Below, one piece after another: positions 18,373 through 24,365 of a stretch of DNA of 27,970 nt. The number at the start of each line of letters is the position of its first letter. The first letter of the stretch is position 1. The position numbers were made by a program, and so were the translations under genes. The DNA lies in assembly GCA_046757525.1 (NCBI GenBank), contig JBHHYI010000038.1, forward strand, positions 1-27,970, written 5' to 3'. The stretch is from a bacterium. Its GTDB lineage: Bacteria > Zhuqueibacterota > Zhuqueibacteria > Oceanimicrobiales > Oceanimicrobiaceae. The notes beneath the pieces were generated by a model, which saw only the letters and a program-made list of their open reading frames with translations, ran no database searches and was not told where the DNA came from.

Positions 18373-18840
18373 ATGCCTCTTTCCCAAAACAGCAGCACTG
18401 GCTGGGCGGTTTTTTTTGCTCGTTGGATATTGGGGCTGCTCTTCTTTATGGCCGGATGGTTCAAAGTGTTCGAGCTCGGAGCGCTGCAACACGCTCAAAA
18501 ATTCTTTGTCGAGGGCTACCGGCAAAACTGGATTCCCCTTTGGCTGCTCTGGACCACAGGGGTCAGTATCCCTTTTGCCGAATTTATCTCCGGGGCTTTG
18601 CTCATCCTGGGTTTTCGCATCAAAGAAGCGCTGTTGACGGTTGGCGCCATCCTGGTCATCGTCACTTACGGCCACTTGTTGAAGGAACCGCTGTTCGACA
18701 TCACCACGCACATTTTCCCGCGTGCCGTGTTCCTGGTCATTCTGCTGGCTTTGCCGCGCGACTCCGATGCCTGGTCCTTAGACGCCATTCTGCGGCGTCG
18801 GCGGGCGCGAACAAAATCCAGGAACAAGTCGTTAGAGTGA
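18373..18840 (+). CDS. DoxX-family membrane protein
   Basis: ARWILGLLFFMAGWFK, PFAEFISGALLILG, WSLD; four TM segments; GAGGAG SD. Confidence 0.85.
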   Translation: MPLSQNSSTGWAVFFARWILGLLFFMAGWFKVFELGALQHAQKFFVEGYRQNWIPLWLLWTTGVSIPFAEFISGALLILGFRIKEALLTVGAILVIVTYGHLLKEPLFDITTHIFPRAVFLVILLALPRDSDAWSLDAILRRRRARTKSRNKSLE

Positions 18841-18914
18841 ATTTGACGGAATATTGGTTAAGGAATATCCGTTCCACATTGCTGAAATTCTAATGGTTAT
18901 TCGAGGCGGTATTT

Positions 18915-19256
18915 ATGGCGCAAAAATATATTCGCATCACCCACAAACCCTCGGGCACTAAGCTGGCCGAAGGGCCTCTCGGTTGGGGCATCACGCCCTT
19001 CGAAGGCAACCTCTACATCAGTCGAAAATATCTGCTGACAAAAAGTTTTAAGCCTAATTTCATTCCAGGGCTCTGTCCCTACAAGTTCCTCTATGTCTGG
19101 CTGGATTTGAGGCTGGAAGGGGGTCGCAAATCAAAAAGCCTCGGTTGGCTTTACTGGCTGCCCAACCCTCTTTTCCCGTTCATTTGGTACCGTGTGGCGT
19201 TGCCCCGCGTCCATCCTGAGCTGCTCGTCGAAGAATTCGAAAAGCTTCCCGATTAG
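18915..19256 (+). CDS. Small conserved protein, divergent DUF427-like
   Basis: LAEG...FEGNLY...CPYK...W.Y..P pattern parallels DUF427 (lAes..EgN.Y..CPwKG..W.Y..P). Recognised by eye only. Confidence 0.6.
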   Translation: MAQKYIRITHKPSGTKLAEGPLGWGITPFEGNLYISRKYLLTKSFKPNFIPGLCPYKFLYVWLDLRLEGGRKSKSLGWLYWLPNPLFPFIWYRVALPRVHPELLVEEFEKLPD

Positions 19257-19500
19257 TTGCAATTCCTGCTCGAACGATTGCCGCGGAAACGTCCGATCGA
19301 GACGGTTGGGAAATCGTCTCGCTTGCAGCAGAGGCTACAAATGGCCCCCTTTTGCAACAATTCTGGCCTGGTGCCATCTGTGTGGGTAAAACAGCGCGCT
19401 TGAGACGCTTTAGCCACAGAGATGAAACACGGCACGCGTCAGCAACCGAGGTCTCGGACATGGCCTCTTTGACCTGCGCTTTTGTTGCGGGACAGGCCGT
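19257..19500 (+). other. Structured intergenic region with several hairpins (possible ncRNA and/or REP-like repeat remnant)
   Basis: Hairpins CGAGACGGTT-GGGA-AATCGTCTCG (19298-19321), GCG-GAAA-CGT, and CATCTGTGTGGGTAAA...TTTAGCCACAGAGATG (19375-19424). Confidence 0.5.
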
Positions 19501-19537
19501 CTCGCCCCGGTTCAGTCAGACCCGTGGTCGATATCCA

Positions 19538-19566
19538 TTGACATTGAACGGGAAAATGAATAGTTT
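19538..19566 (+). promoter_or_regulatory. Sigma70-type promoter directly abutting the arfB start: TTGACA-17-TAGTTT
   Basis: -35 at 19538-19543, -10 at 19561-19566, ATG at 19572. Confidence 0.7.
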
Positions 19567-19571
19567 TAATC

Positions 19572-19997
19572 ATGATTCAAGTCACCGACACGATTGCCAT
19601 CCGTGAAGAAGAGCTGCGGTTCGAATTCATCCGCGCCTCGGGACCGGGTGGGCAAAATGTCAACAAAGTTGCCACTGCCGTTCAGCTCCGCTTCGACGTG
19701 CAAAACGCCGCGGCTCTCCCTGAATGGGTGCGTGCCCGGCTGGTGCGTTTGGCTGGCAAAAAAATGGCAAGAGGCGGCGTCTTAGTCATCACCGCCCGAC
19801 GCTTCCGCACCCAGGAGAAAAATCGCCAGGATGCCATCGACCGATTGGTCAAGCTGATTCGCAAGGCAACCGAAATCCCAAGACCGCGAGTCAAGACCTC
19901 TCCCACACTTGCAGCGAAACAGCAACGCCTGCAGGAGAAACGCCGTCGCAGCCAGATCAAACAGATGCGGCGGTCGGATCCGTTGTCAGAGAAATAA
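19572..19997 (+). CDS. arfB: Alternative ribosome-rescue factor ArfB (peptidyl-tRNA hydrolase, YaeJ)
   Basis: RASGPGGQNVNKVATAVQLRFD, RTQEKNR.DA, basic C-terminal tail (PRVKTSPT...KRRRSQIKQMRR). Confidence 0.95.
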   Translation: MIQVTDTIAIREEELRFEFIRASGPGGQNVNKVATAVQLRFDVQNAAALPEWVRARLVRLAGKKMARGGVLVITARRFRTQEKNRQDAIDRLVKLIRKATEIPRPRVKTSPTLAAKQQRLQEKRRRSQIKQMRRSDPLSEK

Positions 19998-20034
19998 TTT
20001 GAGAGCTGTGAGCCGGCGGAATGAAAGTGCAGTC

Positions 20035-20139
20035 ATGAAAGTTCTGCTATCTTTTGTTGGCAATAACGATGGTTACCCAACGGAAAAACCAAGCGCGATT
20101 CTCCATAACAGAGAGTTTGACAAACTTTATCTTCTTTAA
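20035..20139 (+). pseudogene. 34-codon remnant resembling the N-terminus of a CARF domain (RtcR/Csm6-type)
   Basis: MKVLLSFVGNNDGYPTEKPSAILHNREFDKLYLL* resembles the CARF beta1 'hhhShhGxxD' and 'DKhhLh' strands. It stops 9 nt before the next gene. Confidence 0.55.
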
Positions 20140-20148
20140 GATTAATCC

Positions 20149-22386
20149 GTGACTTTTGACCAAGAGAAAATCTGGCAAATCTGGATCGACACGGGGGGCA
20201 CTTTTACGGATTGCCTGGCCAAAGACCCGACAGGAAGCATCCACCGTGCTAAGGTGCTCAGCAGCAGTGCTCTGCGGGGAAAAGTCAAGAAAAAGCTAAG
20301 CCCAAAGCGCCTGTTGGTGCAGGAAAAATGGTCGGCACCGGCCGATTTTATACGGGGCTTCCGGTTCAGACTGCTCGAAAGCTCTCATCCCGAAGTGTCC
20401 GTTCGCAAATACGACCCCTCTGCGGGGACCATTGAGCTTAGCCGCTCCCTGCCCGTCGCCCTGCCCCAGGGTGCGGCGTTTGAAGTTCTCTCTCCTGAAG
20501 AAGCCCCCATTCTGGCAGCCCGCCTGGTCACCGGTGCAACGCCTGGTGCGGAGCTGCCTGCGATCGCCATGCGCCTGGCCACCACCCGCGGCACCAACGC
20601 CTTACTTGAGCGCCGCGGGGCTCCGACCGTTCTTTTTATTACGCGTGGCTTCGGCGACCTGCTGCGCATTGGTACCCAACAGCGACCAGACCTCTTTGCG
20701 CTGAACGTCCACAAGCCGGAGCCGCTGTACCAGTCGGTGGTGGAAGTAGAAGAGCGCATCGCTGCCGATGGCACTGTTTTGCAACCGCTGAATCTCCAGG
20801 CTTTGCGACGACAGGTCGAGACACTGGAGGAAATAAGTCGCTGCACCGCAGCCGTGGCGCTCTTACACAGCTACCGCAATTCCTCCCACGAAGTGCAACT
20901 GGCGCAATTTTTAACGCAAAAGGGATTTCAGCACGTTTCCTGTTCTTCAGAGCTGGCCCCCTTCATTAAGATCGTCCCGCGTGCGGAGACCACTGTGGTC
21001 GATGCTTACCTGGCGCCCGTGATCGAGGACTACCTGCAAGAAGTGCGACTGGGTTTCGCGAACGGGCGGCTGCACGCCATGACCAGCGCCGGTGGCCTGG
21101 TGGAAGCCACCACCTTCCGGGCCAAGGACAGCCTGCTCAGCGGGCCTGCCGGGGGTGTGGTCGGTGCAGCCACCGCTGGCCGACGTTCCGGTTTCGAGCA
21201 ACTCATTGCGTTCGACATGGGCGGCACCAGCACCGACGTGGCGCGCTTTGACGGCGATTACGAATATGTGTTCGAGCACCAGGTGGGCGACGCGCACCTG
21301 GTGGCGCCGGCCCTGGCCATCGAGAGCGTGGCCGCCGGTGGCGGTTCCATCTGTTCCTTCGATGGGCACCGTTTGCGCGTGGGACCCGAAAGCGCCGGCG
21401 CCCGGCCGGGACCGGCGTGTTACGGCGCTGGTGGACCGCTGACGCTAACCGATGTCAACCTGCTGCTGGGACGGCTGGATCCGGAGCGCTTTGAAATCCC
21501 CATTGCGGCGGCCCCTGCCAGACAAGCGCTGGCAACACTGGCAGACGGAATAGCCAAACAAACCGGCCAGCAAGTCCACGGCGACGCCTTGTTGCAAGGA
21601 TTCCTGGATATTGCCAACGAACGCATGGCCGATGCCATTCGGCGGGTTTCCCTGCGCAAAGGTTACGACCCACAAGAGTACGTGCTCGTGGCCTTTGGTG
21701 GTGCTGCCGGACAACATGCCGGCGGCGTTGCCGAGCGTCTTGAAATCAACACCGTGCTGGTGCCGCCGGACGCTTCCCTTTTGAGCGCCATGGGTCTGGG
21801 ACAGGCCGTCCTGGAGCGCTTTGCCGAACGACAAGTCTTGCAGCCTCTTGACCCCATTGCCGCGCAAGTTCCGCTTTGGTTGGCAAAGCTCGAAGCGCAG
21901 GCCGTGGCGGCCGTCCAGGCTGAAGGCGTTGCTGCGGACGCCATCGAAGTGCGGCGGCGCATCCTCAACTTGCGCTTTGTGGGACAGGACTCGGTGCTGT
22001 CCGTAGAATTCCCGCACAGCGGCACCTTGCAGCAGGCGTTCCAGCAACACTACCTGGCCGTCTTCGGTCACCGCCCGGAAGGCAGAGCCGTTGAGCTGGA
22101 ATCGATCCGGGTGGTCGCCTCCTCACGGCCGGCAGCGGACGCGCCACGGCAGGAATCTCCAAGACCGTTGGCGGTGGCGGCCCGCGGCTCCACCCAGGCA
22201 AGCTTCGCCGGCAAACGCACCAGGGTGCCGGTTTACCACCGGGCACAGCTCGCCCCGGGCGCCTGGCTCAACGGTCCGGCCCTGATTTTTGAGCGGCACA
22301 GCACGACCGTCGTCGAACCAGGATGGCAGGCCTCCGTTGACGGCGCTGCGTCTCTGGTTTTGACCTTCCGTGACAGGCAAAAGTAA
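20149..22386 (+). CDS. Hydantoinase/5-oxoprolinase A (ATP-binding) subunit
   Basis: [74 protein letters not shown] start; no Hydantoinase_B domain. Confidence 0.92.
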   Translation: MTFDQEKIWQIWIDTGGTFTDCLAKDPTGSIHRAKVLSSSALRGKVKKKLSPKRLLVQEKWSAPADFIRGFRFRLLESSHPEVSVRKYDPSAGTIELSRSLPVALPQGAAFEVLSPEEAPILAARLVTGATPGAELPAIAMRLATTRGTNALLERRGAPTVLFITRGFGDLLRIGTQQRPDLFALNVHKPEPLYQSVVEVEERIAADGTVLQPLNLQALRRQVETLEEISRCTAAVALLHSYRNSSHEVQLAQFLTQKGFQHVSCSSELAPFIKIVPRAETTVVDAYLAPVIEDYLQEVRLGFANGRLHAMTSAGGLVEATTFRAKDSLLSGPAGGVVGAATAGRRSGFEQLIAFDMGGTSTDVARFDGDYEYVFEHQVGDAHLVAPALAIESVAAGGGSICSFDGHRLRVGPESAGARPGPACYGAGGPLTLTDVNLLLGRLDPERFEIPIAAAPARQALATLADGIAKQTGQQVHGDALLQGFLDIANERMADAIRRVSLRKGYDPQEYVLVAFGGAAGQHAGGVAERLEINTVLVPPDASLLSAMGLGQAVLERFAERQVLQPLDPIAAQVPLWLAKLEAQAVAAVQAEGVAADAIEVRRRILNLRFVGQDSVLSVEFPHSGTLQQAFQQHYLAVFGHRPEGRAVELESIRVVASSRPAADAPRQESPRPLAVAARGSTQASFAGKRTRVPVYHRAQLAPGAWLNGPALIFERHSTTVVEPGWQASVDGAASLVLTFRDRQK

Positions 22387-22432
22387 ACGCAACAGGCCAT
22401 GCTACATCTTCAATTTTCTCAAGCCTTTTCAC

Positions 22433-22461
22433 TTGACATTTATGTAAAATGTCGTTATATT
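22433..22461 (+). promoter_or_regulatory. Sigma70-type promoter of the cytochrome b operon (TTGACA-17-TATATT) overlapped by the dyad GACATTT-N5-AAATGTC
   Basis: -35 at 22433-22438, -10 at 22456-22461, dyad at 22435-22453; GAGGAG SD before the ATG at 22518. Confidence 0.75.
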
Positions 22462-22517
22462 CCACTCGTTTAATTTGGTCAATCAGTCTATATTGGTACA
22501 TTCTTTGAGGAGACAAG

Positions 22518-23291
22518 ATGCAAGCTCTTATTAATAAAATGAAAGATAGCCTTCTGAAATCCCAGGTCTGGAAATCGATGTTTCGGCACGGTTATGAAGA
22601 CACCCCGCGAAACCGATTGTTACAAGTGCTCGACAATGTTTGGCTGCATCTCCATCCCACTCGAATTCCGCGTCATGCCGCCTATCTCCGGTTCACCTGG
22701 TGCATGGGCGGCATCACGTTTCTTTTGTTCCTGGTGACAGCCGTCACTGGTGTTCTCCTCATGTTCTACTACCGTCCAACCGCCGAGTATGCTTTCAATG
22801 ATATGAAGTATTTACAATTCGACGTGCCCTTTGGCATGTTTTTGCGCAATATGCATCGGTGGGCGGGACACGGAATGGTGATTGCTGTTTGGCTGCACAT
22901 GTTCCGAGTTTTCTTGACCGGTTCTTACAAGCCGCCGCGTGAATTCAACTGGGTGGTCGGAGTCATTCTGTTGACCACGACCCTCCTGTTGAGCTTCACG
23001 GGCTATCTGTTGCCCTGGGATCAGCTTTCCATCTGGGCCGTTACGGTGGGCACCAACATGGCGCGGGCCACGCCTCTCCTGGGACATGAAGGGCCTTTCG
23101 GGCCGGAGCTTGGAATGCGAGCGGACAACGATGTGCGTTTTGTGTTGCTCGGTGGCACCCAGGTGGGTCCTCCCACGCTGTTGCGCTTTTACGTGTTGCA
23201 CTGCATCTTTTTCCCATTATTTCTGGCCGTGTTCATTGCTGTGCATTTTTGGCGGGTGCGAAAGGATGGTGGCATTTCAGGGCCGTTGTAA
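22518..23291 (+). CDS. petB: Cytochrome b6-type subunit (split cytochrome b, N-terminal part) of a Rieske/cytb-family complex
   Basis: Heme b His pairs MHRW...LHMFR and LHCIFF...VHFW (14 residues between the latter, b6-type); [14 protein letters not shown]; heme ci Cys in TWCMGG; ends GISGPL like cytochrome b6. Confidence 0.92.
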   Translation: MQALINKMKDSLLKSQVWKSMFRHGYEDTPRNRLLQVLDNVWLHLHPTRIPRHAAYLRFTWCMGGITFLLFLVTAVTGVLLMFYYRPTAEYAFNDMKYLQFDVPFGMFLRNMHRWAGHGMVIAVWLHMFRVFLTGSYKPPREFNWVVGVILLTTTLLLSFTGYLLPWDQLSIWAVTVGTNMARATPLLGHEGPFGPELGMRADNDVRFVLLGGTQVGPPTLLRFYVLHCIFFPLFLAVFIAVHFWRVRKDGGISGPL

Positions 23292-23412
23292 TCATCCCAG
23301 CGATGACCAATTCAATTCTGTTTTTCCTTTGGGATCCACACCAATCCACTTCTTGCAAACTACCCGAATTGGGATTGTACGGGTTAATGAATTCATTAGG
23401 ATAGGAATATAA

Positions 23413-24291
23413 ATGGAACACTTACTGGCTATCATATCTAAAGCAGACAACATCCCCATCGTTGGCATGGTTTTTATCATGCCGTTTTTTACCTGGCTGG
23501 CCTTCCGCGAAGCCTTTCGCAACGATCGTCGAATTACCGCCGGCGAATTCGATTTAATGCGCGAGGAAGGCAGAGACCGTGTCTACACCTGGCCTTATCT
23601 TACCCGCAACGAATTTCTCGCCGCCATCTTCGTCATGGCGCTGCTCACGGTCTGGTCGATCGTCATCGATGCGCCGCTGGAGCAACCGGCTAATCCGACC
23701 AAAACACCCAATCCCTCCAAAGCGCCCTGGTACTTCCTGGGGCTTCAGGAGATGCTGGTCTACTTCGATCCCTGGATCGCCGGCGTGGTGCTCCCCACCT
23801 TGATCATCGTGGGCCTCATGGCCATTCCCTACCTGGACAAGAATCCCAAAGGCAACGGGTATTATACCTGGGATGAGAGAAAATTCTCCATCACCATCTT
23901 CTTGTTCGGTTTTTTCGTGCTGTGGCTGTCATTGATCATGGTGGGCACGTTCCTCAGAGGACCCGGCTGGAACTTTTTCATGCCCTGGGAAACATGGGAC
24001 ATTCACAAGGTCGTCTCTATGACCAACGTTGACTTGCACCAAAAATTTGGTATTCGAAGCCCGCTCGCCGCCTTCTTTTTTGGAGGCTTTTTGATTACCG
24101 CCTATTATTCAATCGCGGTCATTTATTATTTTTGGAAAAAAAATACAGATTTCATCAAGACGCTCGGGGTCGCCCGGTACAGCATTCTGGCATTTTTGTT
24201 TTTGACCATGATGGCCTTGCCCATCAAAATGATTTTGCGGTGGTCCATGAACATAAAGTACATCTGGGTGACGCCCTGGTTCAACATTTAA
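23413..24291 (+). CDS. Subunit IV-like protein (cytochrome b C-terminal part) with extra TM helices
   Basis: TWPYL, DAPLEQPANPTKTPNPSKAPWYFLGLQE (PEWY-equivalent region), IPYLD; 292 aa with additional N- and C-terminal hydrophobic helices. Confidence 0.85.
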   Translation: MEHLLAIISKADNIPIVGMVFIMPFFTWLAFREAFRNDRRITAGEFDLMREEGRDRVYTWPYLTRNEFLAAIFVMALLTVWSIVIDAPLEQPANPTKTPNPSKAPWYFLGLQEMLVYFDPWIAGVVLPTLIIVGLMAIPYLDKNPKGNGYYTWDERKFSITIFLFGFFVLWLSLIMVGTFLRGPGWNFFMPWETWDIHKVVSMTNVDLHQKFGIRSPLAAFFFGGFLITAYYSIAVIYYFWKKNTDFIKTLGVARYSILAFLFLTMMALPIKMILRWSMNIKYIWVTPWFNI

Positions 24292-24365
24292 CCCTGCGTT
24301 GCGTCAATAGAATCCTGAAACCTTTGAAAACGCCTGTTTCATCAATTTAATTAAAGGAGGTTTCT

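Noticed and set aside
18843..18872. TTGACG-17-TATCCG with an overlapping imperfect inverted repeat upstream of the DUF427-like gene
   Set aside because: The -10 lacks the conserved final T; cannot distinguish it from chance.
19300..19430. Possible cobalamin or c-di-GMP riboswitch (GGGAA, GCCCCC, GCAAC words)
   Set aside because: The conserved elements are not in the right order or spacing; no B12 box or GEMM core was found.
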